In this document: positions 22,201 through 30,765 of the stretch, in pieces | How the letters are laid out: each line of letters begins with the position of its first letter | Position numbering within the stretch: the first letter of the stretch is position 1 | Virus record (IMG/VR): IMGVR_UViG_3300030103_002259 | Coordinates: 1 to 64,000 of that record | Source: a virus | Reading direction: 5' to 3' (one strand) | Length of the DNA: 64,000 nucleotides | Translations under genes and position numbers: made by a program | Notes under the pieces: model-generated | Seen by the model: the letters and a program-made list of their open reading frames with translations, nothing else | What the model was told of the DNA's origin: nothing | Database searches by the model: none

Positions 22201-23614
22201 AAGCATTTTTAAAACCTATTTTTTCTATATTATATGCACCATCTACAACCTTTTTTCCTGGATCATATACAAGCTGGTATTCTCTATTAGCTCTACCTAA
22301 AACAGTAGTGCCCGCAGCCATCTTAGATGTACCTCGTAAGAAACTAGCTTGTGTAATAGAAGGGAATACAATCTTATTTGTATAAAAAACTAATGCTGAA
22401 TTATGTAAAGAGTTTCTCCAACCAGCTGCATCAGCTTGTTGCATAAATTCACTCTGTAGTTCAGCACTTGGAGCAACACCATATTTGGAGTAGTAATCAT
22501 TATATAATTCATCATATGTTTGTTGCTTAGTAAAACCACCCTCAAGTCTACCTTCAGAAATAGCCATATTCATATTCTTGACATCATTCCAAAAAGCGCC
22601 CGCAGTTCTTGAATATCTTGCTAGATTAGTTAAATTTTTAGAAGTTTTAATACCTTCATAAGTATTATCTAATGGGTTTATAAATTTACCAAAGTTTCCA
22701 GCAGCTTGTTTCCAAAGTTGTTTTGATTTTGCAACATTAGAATACGTTTTAATCTGCTTCATCATATTACCCATTGCTTTAGCAGATTGATATAATGATT
22801 TAGGTAGTCTTGCAAAGTTCTTAAACATACCTGTTACACCACCTAAAGCAGCGCCAGGAACAGCTCCAACACCACCTTCTGCTAAACCTACAGCACCACC
22901 AATAAGAGCACCTTCTATAGCACCTTCTAATAATATACCAGCTGAGTAACCAGCACTTAAAACTAAATTATTTGTGAAACCACCTAATCCACCCTTACTA
23001 CTATAAGCAAGTTGATTTAAATAATCATATTCTGAAGCTTCTTCATCACTTGTATCAAAAGGACTTTTACCTTGCATCATATTACCATATGAATGCAAAG
23101 GACTCATAAAACCTAATCCTAGCATTGGTAAAGCAGCAACTTTCAATGTTCTACTTAGATCATCACCAAAGCTTGTATTATCATTATACCAAGACTCATT
23201 ATCAATAAGTGGGTTAAATCCTATTTTATTATACGTCTCTTGACCATAAGCCTTATATCTATCTTTAAATGCACCTTTAGGAGATGAATCAAAAGTATAC
23301 ATAGGAGCATACGCTCTTTTGTTTTGTTGTGAATTTACTGTAGCTGCAGTTTTTCTAGATAAAGCCTCGATCCAATCACCACCTAAATCTGGATTAGTAG
23401 AATTTTCTTTAACATCTTGAGGTGTATAGTATGGTGGTAATCCCCCTGTATTTTTTTGAGTATCAAACGTAGTATTTTCAAAAGCATTAGGTACAGAATT
23501 AGGAAACATAGGTGTTAATTCATTAGACATACCTATTTTTGCAGGATCAAACATGTCTGTCATACCAGCCAACTCATCAACTTGACTATCTGGATTTAAT
23601 TTTTCTTCTGCCAT
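16277..23614 (-). CDS. Giant virion-ejected protein (first gene of the vRNAP trio) with a glycine-rich hydrophobic segment and a PD-(D/E)xK nuclease-like domain
   Basis: 2445 aa. GILLEGAIEGALIGGAVGLAEGGVGAVPGAALGG near the N-terminus. GEIDLLAVDTEGNVKIIDIKT...QQTIY at about 18375-18530. Confidence 0.75.
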   Translation of the reverse strand: MAEEKLNPDSQVDELAGMTDMFDPAKIGMSNELTPMFPNSVPNAFENTTFDTQKNTGGLPPYYTPQDVKENSTNPDLGGDWIEALSRKTAATVNSQQNKRAYAPMYTFDSSPKGAFKDRYKAYGQETYNKIGFNPLIDNESWYNDNTSFGDDLSRTLKVAALPMLGLGFMSPLHSYGNMMQGKSPFDTSDEEASEYDYLNQLAYSSKGGLGGFTNNLVLSAGYSAGILLEGAIEGALIGGAVGLAEGGVGAVPGAALGGVTGMFKNFARLPKSLYQSAKAMGNMMKQIKTYSNVAKSKQLWKQAAGNFGKFINPLDNTYEGIKTSKNLTNLARYSRTAGAFWNDVKNMNMAISEGRLEGGFTKQQTYDELYNDYYSKYGVAPSAELQSEFMQQADAAGWRNSLHNSALVFYTNKIVFPSITQASFLRGTSKMAAGTTVLGRANREYQLVYDPGKKVVDGAYNIEKIGFKNALKGFTKPKVWGNTAWNYFKGNVMEGFQETAQDVLNEATKQYYKKTFYDPSAKNMQYVLGQLSNGIDQQISAQGFETFASGFAMGTILQLPGRLVNGATMGYNRFYKHRNNWQEYLDSQEEQANQMKDALNTMHKDAKFFFDPRFSNYANQMLAAKTIDSEEITEKEAKDTAFAAFMSAAMTSLQNNTFDMFLKNLKSYKEASPKDIEEAWGLESGQGQKALADLDANIQSAEMVSKRYRAARDKMKYQINLDDFKKGSEDYQKAQIYNRAYQLALQNFVFFQSSFDENLKTQSKLYNMLSEVDAIKNLNFSEVSSLVDPAKLSREIAMLETELDGLRSNPNLEYQSEINQDLEFRQAKIEALKEYESAQNDLINAYFKNKIVSNLKTEMMEKDPSLTPEEVEIQVLNEMMKDFEDGKTTEFSRYKDSFRNLLMSLVSDPQERAKLEMQLDNESFDNLFDSLLNMHIIKNENAGLATYINLLSNPKDFFEHVDSNFKWMKDLYNNREQYFKDIVDANQSNIEKNALINELADKGIFVDLEQFADWVEDHDKLPDYFIDITNKRIINKDSLLYEEYVELFEMAAEADYQRDDQEDVTDKDTFEARKNEIEAARTEALNYEKEEFDIAFKEKFGNTLDELLKEIDKREVDTEQQRIDLVARMNLLNSILNQLESNDYVLLEAAYQSTVAEGFITEEQFQESVERLITIPESLQKLNKTADKIKADVDESVLRDTQVGAAFQKLILSAYLTDVKDQLQQEINDAETDKLIVGENADAYLLDPINVSYKESVKQINEEYDALLEKLTDEFRSSDREINAPAFYTTDTPFKDFDVDAQEEITFQFDEFLVTDLEESENLKEVDPNKYETLRDRWLKQQVYLIDELNEELARVNRLKAEELAKPPTLNFLPYKATANTKSEEISKIYNKLESILRDGEYAPNAQKPNEKVQLTAEDIANINSDLEAIRGYLDARSKAFQPQTLAQEVILNITNNIINRRNEVVEIEDADGNVTGRRFADREETDPRPTRVTSVAEKVKQDLTGDPQFRYDPIEKTEDGQPGPIENLYNTIFESDKLPTLESKIDKFISRFRELAYSNYKNSFGSEKKLGILENAFRKNPTFETLDRVVRKLAMNHYSESGNTVDILTRMFLTPKAEQGGPGFIDFNYDSTVEMKGLPVKISDVMSREAFDALFKTGSGIISKLREGVIDGKWQILSENVLLFDKNLLEHGITGEIDLLAVDTEGNVKIIDIKTAQPGTWSRFGTGERYDKESYFRAQQTIYSDLFYNMTGINVESIGLLPLELNVTIDGYINSIKKPGMMSGIQDDTIEIEYLTEVANYGIERIEPNLTKIEGENAKGEVSVDSTIPSSDPTQLSLRDNIGNMIIYQGETGTLVQLPNGRYALRQEAPADMATEIALEQLRNDLSLEQASEFKSDEVISNLKSEISKLEKKKAKPGSEITEILFNLKPVSDGDISIMDIGIQPTATIEKVGQQRVVDAQVINAKFDNPQESIATINGVKYDVLRDASGAITLLSYKQNSNKINRLKKASSDLSVKIFQLRKNQAKAKSKNDTNRIIRKISRFQSEKKRIDSEITELSNNNPTVYLRGGNLNSYIFALNKLPNSFQKITKNRVGSDEVRDLKEIGRLSINQTISEAIDSILSENYPAAMDTLIDEGLEGVSYQNGQELIDWVKDSIIKLEQLGFDFINRGDIVDDIVRQINSLNLLLSDLELIKLNKDGKISKRQKGEVKDLFDPEKIQERSSVPENAEPRRQETKRVLRPSTTRELKADIKKSRGLDILETREEQENPLITDINEANASTIKAAYEKAFLEANKDGSELNLDAVKEAYSTKLQEINKSMDIENLIPGETYLSLNNDGSIYLVKSIKNKESIRPLVVVQNIISKNTRDYSKIELKSTFSRITEEETMELEITPEDNDIATENIADLKKLGEDKEAIDKAKTNATENSREDLLRQLKDNSENC

Positions 23615-23616
23615 AA

Positions 23617-26600
23617 TTAATCATTATAGTTAAACCCAACATTAGATGGGGTCATACCAAATACCTTTTCTGCATTAGCAATAGCTTCTTCATTACCTTC
23701 CTTAACAAACTTTTTATACATCATTTGATTTTGCATAGAAGCTGCATTTATTGCTTCCATCATACTTCTTTGAATATCCTCAAGTGTTGAACCATTTCTA
23801 TTTACACCATAAGATAAAGGTTGAGGTGATGAGGTTTTAATTGTACCATCTGCCATTAACCCCTGCAAAGTAAAAATACCTTGATGTGTTACCCCAGGGA
23901 CACCATCAATTTTTTGTATAATGTAAGAACCTGCATTATAAGGATCTTGATATTCAATTTCACCAAGAGCATTTAAAGCCATTTCTAATGGTGTTTCTTT
24001 ATTTGTAGTTATAAATTCATTAGCCCATTCATTTTTTGGAGCAATAAATGTTATACCATTACTCATAATATTATCAATAGATGCATTGATAGCGCTTTTA
24101 TCATCAGTCTCACCCTCATAATTTTGATATGGTACTGACTTAATATTCTCTTCTAAAAACTTTCTACTTGGAAATATAGTAATTGCATTTGTATTTCTAT
24201 CTTCCATAGCTATACGCGAGTTACTAATTTTAATAGGATCTATTTTAGAACCAGCTTTAATTGCATTTTGAAATAAAGTTTCTACAAGACGCACAGCCTT
24301 ATTTGGTTCCAAATCATGTTTAAATCTACCATCTTCTTGTGACTCAGGTTTTGCTAAACCAACAGTACTAACTCTATAATTACCTACTTGATTAAAAGTA
24401 ATTTTATTTAGATCTTGTATAATACCTTGGAAATCTCTAAAACCTTGGCTTTGTGGATCTTGCATATTTACATATCTATCTTCAAAGTTACTAGCTAATG
24501 AAGCTTTTCCACCAATAGCGCCTGAACTAATACCATTAATCATAGTAATAAGTCCTGTTTCTTTATTTGGATCATAGACAATACCATTATAAGCTTCATC
24601 TAAAACAGATTCTATATCATTAGCAAAAGAGCTTGCTTGTTCAACCTCTCCAGCAGCAGTATTATTTTGTTTTTTCCATTCTGCAGCTAACTCATCTCTA
24701 TAATCTGAAACTGAATCATAACCTGAAGCTCTTGGTATATCCCAATAATCAGCTGTATTAATTAATTCAGGTTCAGATTCTAAACCATACTGTCGTTCTA
24801 ATGATTGCATAGTAGCATCATTATCTATATATCTATTTAGCTCTTCCCATTGCTCACTACTTAAACCTTTTGTTTCATTCCAATCAGTTCCCTTTTTAAT
24901 TTTACCTACAACTTCTCTTTCCTTAATGGCATTTTTTTCAAGTATCTTAGGTAAAATGTTTTCTAAAACATATGATTCTACATCAGGACCAGCATAATCA
25001 GTACCATCAATATTTACTAACTCATCCACATCCTCTAATTCTCTACCATCTTGTATAGCAGTTTCATTTTCTCCTAACTTTCTAACAAGACCAGCTCCAT
25101 CAAAATATTGTTCCTTATAATATTCAGCTAAATCATGTATATCATCTTCATCTAAAACATCAGAATACTTTTTAGTCAAAGCTATTTTTAAACCATCCAT
25201 TACTTTAGATGAATTAATATCATAGATTTTTTCATTAGCCTGTTCCAGTTGAAGATATTGTTCAAACTTCATTCTAGAATCTACTAGTTTAGGTTCAGAT
25301 ACTAACCATCTATCAGATGTAGTAGATCCTGCGTTTTTTATTAACCAATTTTCCCAACCATCATGAGCAAAAGTATTTTGCATCATACTTCTACCTTTAG
25401 TCTTATCTTTAGTCCAAGTTTCATACATTTTTTGAAACTTATCAAAAGCTTTTTCATTTGCATCTTCACTATAAGTTCCTGGCCTTTCAAATAATGTATT
25501 TGGATTTAATTCAGATTGTCCAGTAAACATTTGAGCTGTCATTAACTCACTTATGCCAGGGGCAAACCTATCTGGATTAGGTCTAAGTGTTACCTGACTA
25601 CCATCTTGTAATGTACCAATATATCCATTAGGAGATTTTACAACGTCCTTATATTTACCTGTGGACATATAAAACTCCTTAGTACTCATTTCTTTTATCT
25701 TTCTACCAATGGCACTATTAGGATCTAATCTATCATTACCACCTTTAACTGCCATTTCTCTAGCAAAAGTTCCAACACTAACTAAATTTTTATCAGTTAA
25801 AATTTGATTCAACTCTTTTTTAGTAATTGCATTTGTTTTAACTAAGTTATGCAAAGTTGTATATAGCGCATCATAAAATGGATCTTTGGCAGCACTCTCA
25901 GAGTTCTTTAACATTTCTGCATTCAATGCTGCTAAATCTATAGGATCTTCAGTTGTGCTTCCTGGATCACTACTTTTTCTTTCAAAAGTTTTATCATAGT
26001 CATCATTATTAACTAATGTACCACCAAGTAAAGGGTTTTTAGGATCAATAGCTTTATATTGAAACTTACCATTTTTTATACCCCAGTCTATATATTTTTG
26101 ATGAGCTTTTGCTTTTGCTTTTAATGTATTCTCATACTCAATTTGACTTCTTTTGTATTTATTTTTTATTCTCTCCAACCCAAGTTTACTTAAGTCTTGT
26201 TCATATACAGCATCTATAGTAGAATAACCTTGCGCAGCCAAACCAATATCTGCACGAGCAAACTGAGAGGCCATACCTGCATCTACCTTCATTCTAGCTA
26301 AATCCATATTCTGAAGATTTAAACCCCCAGATTGACCTTGAGTAACTGCAGTTCTATTAGCATCATTGAGTTTAGCGTTTAGTTTACGTGTACTCATCAA
26401 GATTGCTTCTTGTACTGTGGCTCCAGAAGCCAATGCTTCTAAATATTTTTTTTGTTTAGGATTTACATTACCAGCTTCTATAGCATCTTCAACTTCATTA
26501 GACTTTTGTTTAGTAACTTTTAAATCTTCAGCAGCTAATTTATTTTGATCATTTGCTTGGTTAGCTAACCAGTTATATTGTTTTTCTAAATAAGCTTTTT

Positions 26601-27396
26601 CTGCAGCGTTTTTATCAGAACCATATTCACCTAAATGTTGGTTAATCCAGTCCTTTCTTTCCACATATGCTCTTACTCTATATATATCCTGAAGCTTTGG
26701 ATTTTTAGCATACTCTGCAATAAACATTTGATTTAATGTTGGTATCAACTGTTGACCGTTTCTTGCAGTAATAGTTATATCACCATAAGGATCTTTTTGA
26801 CCTTGTTGATTTACATTATATTTAGATTGAGCTTTAATGCCTAGCTTTTTAGCCATGTCCATATAATGCTGCACTGAATTAATATATGGTGTATACTTAA
26901 CATTATTAAAACCCAATGTTTCCTCTAAAGTAGCATCAGCAAAATCTTGCATCTGATAGTTAATAGCTTTAATACCTTGAGGCCACCATTGAGAAGATAA
27001 CTTTTCATCTTGAGAGTTTTGCAAAGAGTTAGCTCTTGCCAATACATTATAAGCATTCTTTGTATATGCCATATCTTTCATCAAGTACTTATCTTCATAG
27101 AATGGTCTAAATACTTGTGTAGCCTGCTGTACATTTTGTTGTAATGATAAATCAAGATTAGTTACCTTCTTTAAGTTATTATCTATATCTCTAAGTAGAA
27201 CATCCTTTTTTTCTTTATTTAGATTGTGAGTCAAAGGAGCATTGATAATATCAGAATAGATATTATTAAGTTCATTATAGTTTTTATCATACTGATTTTG
27301 CTTAGTCTGCAAAACATTAGCATAAAAGTTAAAGTCAGGCTGAAAAGGCTGATAATCTGGTATGTAATCTGTTACTCCCTGTAAATACGTTGCCAT
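23617..27396 (-). CDS. Large virion cargo/structural protein preceding the vRNAP trio
   Basis: 1259 aa. N-terminus MATYLQGVTDYIPDYQPFQPDFNFY followed by a helical region. Occupies the cargo position of the crAss-like gene order. Confidence 0.6.
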   Translation of the reverse strand: MATYLQGVTDYIPDYQPFQPDFNFYANVLQTKQNQYDKNYNELNNIYSDIINAPLTHNLNKEKKDVLLRDIDNNLKKVTNLDLSLQQNVQQATQVFRPFYEDKYLMKDMAYTKNAYNVLARANSLQNSQDEKLSSQWWPQGIKAINYQMQDFADATLEETLGFNNVKYTPYINSVQHYMDMAKKLGIKAQSKYNVNQQGQKDPYGDITITARNGQQLIPTLNQMFIAEYAKNPKLQDIYRVRAYVERKDWINQHLGEYGSDKNAAEKAYLEKQYNWLANQANDQNKLAAEDLKVTKQKSNEVEDAIEAGNVNPKQKKYLEALASGATVQEAILMSTRKLNAKLNDANRTAVTQGQSGGLNLQNMDLARMKVDAGMASQFARADIGLAAQGYSTIDAVYEQDLSKLGLERIKNKYKRSQIEYENTLKAKAKAHQKYIDWGIKNGKFQYKAIDPKNPLLGGTLVNNDDYDKTFERKSSDPGSTTEDPIDLAALNAEMLKNSESAAKDPFYDALYTTLHNLVKTNAITKKELNQILTDKNLVSVGTFAREMAVKGGNDRLDPNSAIGRKIKEMSTKEFYMSTGKYKDVVKSPNGYIGTLQDGSQVTLRPNPDRFAPGISELMTAQMFTGQSELNPNTLFERPGTYSEDANEKAFDKFQKMYETWTKDKTKGRSMMQNTFAHDGWENWLIKNAGSTTSDRWLVSEPKLVDSRMKFEQYLQLEQANEKIYDINSSKVMDGLKIALTKKYSDVLDEDDIHDLAEYYKEQYFDGAGLVRKLGENETAIQDGRELEDVDELVNIDGTDYAGPDVESYVLENILPKILEKNAIKEREVVGKIKKGTDWNETKGLSSEQWEELNRYIDNDATMQSLERQYGLESEPELINTADYWDIPRASGYDSVSDYRDELAAEWKKQNNTAAGEVEQASSFANDIESVLDEAYNGIVYDPNKETGLITMINGISSGAIGGKASLASNFEDRYVNMQDPQSQGFRDFQGIIQDLNKITFNQVGNYRVSTVGLAKPESQEDGRFKHDLEPNKAVRLVETLFQNAIKAGSKIDPIKISNSRIAMEDRNTNAITIFPSRKFLEENIKSVPYQNYEGETDDKSAINASIDNIMSNGITFIAPKNEWANEFITTNKETPLEMALNALGEIEYQDPYNAGSYIIQKIDGVPGVTHQGIFTLQGLMADGTIKTSSPQPLSYGVNRNGSTLEDIQRSMMEAINAASMQNQMMYKKFVKEGNEEAIANAEKVFGMTPSNVGFNYND

Positions 27397-27455
27397 AATT
27401 TATTGTCTATTTGTAAATCTATTAAAATTTTATAAGTTTAATAAATGTTTAAAGT

Positions 27456-30400
27456 TTATAATATAAATGGATATACATTACTTGCATAAACAAACCCACC
27501 ATCATCATATACATATCCGCCTTTCTGATTTCCTTGTATTGGAAGATTACCAGCATTAACACCACCATATCCTGGAGGTGTCCCAGAATTACTAACAGAT
27601 GTAGCACTAGCTTGCAACTTCTCTTTCATCTCTATACACTGTTTTATTTCTGCTTCACTAGTTGCACCTTCATTCTGACATTCTGTTTTTAATTCACCAT
27701 AGCTCTTACGAACAGTTGAACGTTTACCAGTCATATCTCTACCACCTTTAAATGCTAAACTACCTCCATCAGCTGGATTAATATCATACTGCTCATTCAA
27801 TGCATTAAGATTCTGTTGCTTCTGTCTATTTGTAATAGCATTTGTATACAGATTTCTTAAGTTAGTTCTAGCAGCTAACTTAGCATTATCAAACTGTTGA
27901 TTAGCTACAGTGGTTTGATCATACAAGTTCTGACTTATCTGTTGATTAGTAAGTTGTTCTTGATTTCTGATACCAACCTTTTGTTGCTCATTAGCATTAG
28001 CAGCAGCTATGTTATTTACGTTATACTGATTTAATGTATCTGCAGCTTGTTTAGCAGCTTGACCTTGTATACTAGCAGCTCTTGCAGATTGAGCCTGTGC
28101 TCCAGCAAACTGACTAATTGCTTGCGTTTGTATATTAGCCTGTTCAGCTTGTGCTGCAAGCTCTCTAGTTGGATCAGCATATATAGCATCAGGTTCTTCA
28201 AGATCTACTCTTGGCGCCCAAGGCATATATTTTTTAATACCCATTAAATCACCAAAGGCTCCAGTAGTTTTAATTGTATCTTGTAGCCACCATGGAGCTG
28301 GTTCATCTTCTACAAGTATATTTTCATTCTCTTCACATGGTAAACAATCACCTGTTGCAGGGTCCACACCTACATCTATTATACTACCATCTTTTTTCTC
28401 ACATGGACATTTCTTTTTATCCTCTTTAGGATCACATGGACATTTACCATTCTCATCTTTTTCCATATAGAAATCACCATTAGGATCATCACATTGACAA
28501 CCATAATCTACACTAGTTGATTTTATACCTGTAAGTTCTCCAGCAGTAGTGTTACCATATACACTTGCATATCTATTACTACCACGCCCATTTGGATCTA
28601 ATTCTTCAGGCTGTACTATACCATCACCATCTAAATCTAAACTTTCAAAATCATCTATAGGAGATACATTAGTACCAAGATAACCTCTCATTCCAGTTTC
28701 ATCTGGATCACCCTCTTGTTGTTGACCCATAAAGTTTCTAATAGCAAATTGTGTATCTGCATCATAACTACTTGCATTATTCATCATATTAGCATATGCA
28801 TGAAAACCTGCTTGTTGAGCCGCTCTACTATTTTTACCATCACCTAGTTCACCGCTTCCAGAACCCATTTCTAAAGGTTCACCTATAGCAGTTGCTATTT
28901 GACCTAAAGAAATATTATTAGGATTTACTAAATCACCATTTCTATCACGTCTACCATATTCTTCAGCTATAAACTTTTTAGCTGAATTAAATTCTGTTTG
29001 AGTAGTTATAGGTGTACCTGTTTCAGGATTTACTATATCCATACCAGAATTTATACGAGCCTCTACATCAGGCCAACTTCTAAAACCTTTACCACTATTA
29101 CTAAATAATACAGGATCAATTTGTTTAGCTTTAAACATCAAGTTCCTTTTCTGCATCTTCATGAACTGTTCAATTCTTTCATCTGGGTTAAAAGCTCTTA
29201 ATGATGCTTCATTTGCTGTTTTAGCAGCAGCATTTCTATAACCACGAACATCTGATATTGAATTTTCGTATTCTTTATTAAATTGATCTCTAATCTTAGG
29301 GTCTTTAAAACCTTCTTTTAAAAGATAATATTGAATAGCAGCCGCTTTACCAGAAGGAGTTGTGCCAAAATCAGTACCCATAGTTTCTTCATCATAATCA
29401 GGAGTAACCCCTGTTTGATATTTACCTATACTTTTGGTACCATCAGCATTAACTCTAATAATTTTTTTTCCGTCTTGATTTGCTTGCCAAGCTTTTCTTT
29501 CATAATCAGGATCATTAACATTAATTTCTACACCATTCTGTGCTTTAGGTATAGATCTACCTACAGAAGCTTTAGGTGTATCATAAAATGGCATATCATA
29601 ACCACCCATCATCATACCATACATAGCCATAGGCATACCACCATATTGTTTCTCTGATATTTTTGGCGCATCTATACCATATTGTTCTAATCCTTGATAA
29701 AATAAATCTAAATCATTAGACCACTCAGTATTATGAGGACCTTCTGTTAAACCTTCTTCCATTAACCTCACAATACCTTGTAAGTGATCGGGATTATTAT
29801 AATCTTTTACCAGACAATCTAAGCAAAACTTAAATGTGCCATCAGCATTCATCATATCAGGATCCTGATTCCACATGTCAGGATTATTTATAAAGTAATC
29901 ATACTCTCCTCTAGCATAATCATAAAAACTTTGTGGCTCATCTTGAACTTCAGCTTGTTGTACATCAATGCCATTTTGAGCTCTTAAAATTCTTCCACCA
30001 AAAGACATTGATGGTTGTGCAACAGGAGCTTGATTCATTTCTTCTGCTTCAGCAACATCTTCACTCATCTCACCATCTTCTCCACCACCTTCTTTTTCTT
30101 CAACCTTTTTTGTTAATTGTTGATTTACTGCTTTTAACTGAGGGTTAACAATATCAGCCTCCTCAATATTATAGATTTTTGCAGCGGGCTGTGCAACAGC
30201 AGGTAAACCTTGCGGCATACCTTTCATAGACTCTTGTACTAAAGCTAATTCAGCTAGTTTAAGATTATAATTCTTAATCATTAACTCAGCTGTTTTTCTT
30301 GATAACTGATCTGAATCAGGATCTTCTAAAATTTTTCTATACTTATTAATATCATATTGTTTAGCAATCTTAGCAGGAGTTAAAGATTTTTTTTCATTCT

Positions 30401-30764
30401 TACCAAAACGTTTTAAAAGTTTTGGGTCTTTTACTTTCATTGATCTAGTATCACTATAGATAAAAGTATCATCTGGTAAGCTTAAAGGAACACCACCACT
30501 ACTATGGCGTGGACCTTTTATTATTTTATGTTCTGGAATACCATCACCATTCAAATCACCAAGTACAGTTTCACCACCTTCAGCCTCAACATTAGCCTCA
30601 TCTCTAGGTACACTAGTTATAAACTTACTTAAACTTAATGCAGGCTGTTGCATAGACTGAGTACTTCGCCCACCCATTGCAGCATTATCATTATACAAGC
30701 TATAATCTACTTGTTGTCCGACTTTAGCTTTAGGTAATCTTTTTATTCTTACTCTTCTTTTCAT
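27456..30764 (-). CDS. Virion cargo protein (cargo protein 1-like)
   Basis: 1102 aa. NVEAEGGE...GPRHSSGGV motif, a Q/A/N-rich coiled-coil C-terminus, several QxG(G) motifs, a Cys cluster and an EF-hand-like DLDGDG. Confidence 0.6.
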   Translation of the reverse strand: MKRRVRIKRLPKAKVGQQVDYSLYNDNAAMGGRSTQSMQQPALSLSKFITSVPRDEANVEAEGGETVLGDLNGDGIPEHKIIKGPRHSSGGVPLSLPDDTFIYSDTRSMKVKDPKLLKRFGKNEKKSLTPAKIAKQYDINKYRKILEDPDSDQLSRKTAELMIKNYNLKLAELALVQESMKGMPQGLPAVAQPAAKIYNIEEADIVNPQLKAVNQQLTKKVEEKEGGGEDGEMSEDVAEAEEMNQAPVAQPSMSFGGRILRAQNGIDVQQAEVQDEPQSFYDYARGEYDYFINNPDMWNQDPDMMNADGTFKFCLDCLVKDYNNPDHLQGIVRLMEEGLTEGPHNTEWSNDLDLFYQGLEQYGIDAPKISEKQYGGMPMAMYGMMMGGYDMPFYDTPKASVGRSIPKAQNGVEINVNDPDYERKAWQANQDGKKIIRVNADGTKSIGKYQTGVTPDYDEETMGTDFGTTPSGKAAAIQYYLLKEGFKDPKIRDQFNKEYENSISDVRGYRNAAAKTANEASLRAFNPDERIEQFMKMQKRNLMFKAKQIDPVLFSNSGKGFRSWPDVEARINSGMDIVNPETGTPITTQTEFNSAKKFIAEEYGRRDRNGDLVNPNNISLGQIATAIGEPLEMGSGSGELGDGKNSRAAQQAGFHAYANMMNNASSYDADTQFAIRNFMGQQQEGDPDETGMRGYLGTNVSPIDDFESLDLDGDGIVQPEELDPNGRGSNRYASVYGNTTAGELTGIKSTSVDYGCQCDDPNGDFYMEKDENGKCPCDPKEDKKKCPCEKKDGSIIDVGVDPATGDCLPCEENENILVEDEPAPWWLQDTIKTTGAFGDLMGIKKYMPWAPRVDLEEPDAIYADPTRELAAQAEQANIQTQAISQFAGAQAQSARAASIQGQAAKQAADTLNQYNVNNIAAANANEQQKVGIRNQEQLTNQQISQNLYDQTTVANQQFDNAKLAARTNLRNLYTNAITNRQKQQNLNALNEQYDINPADGGSLAFKGGRDMTGKRSTVRKSYGELKTECQNEGATSEAEIKQCIEMKEKLQASATSVSNSGTPPGYGGVNAGNLPIQGNQKGGYVYDDGGFVYASNVYPFIL

Positions 30765-30765
30765 A

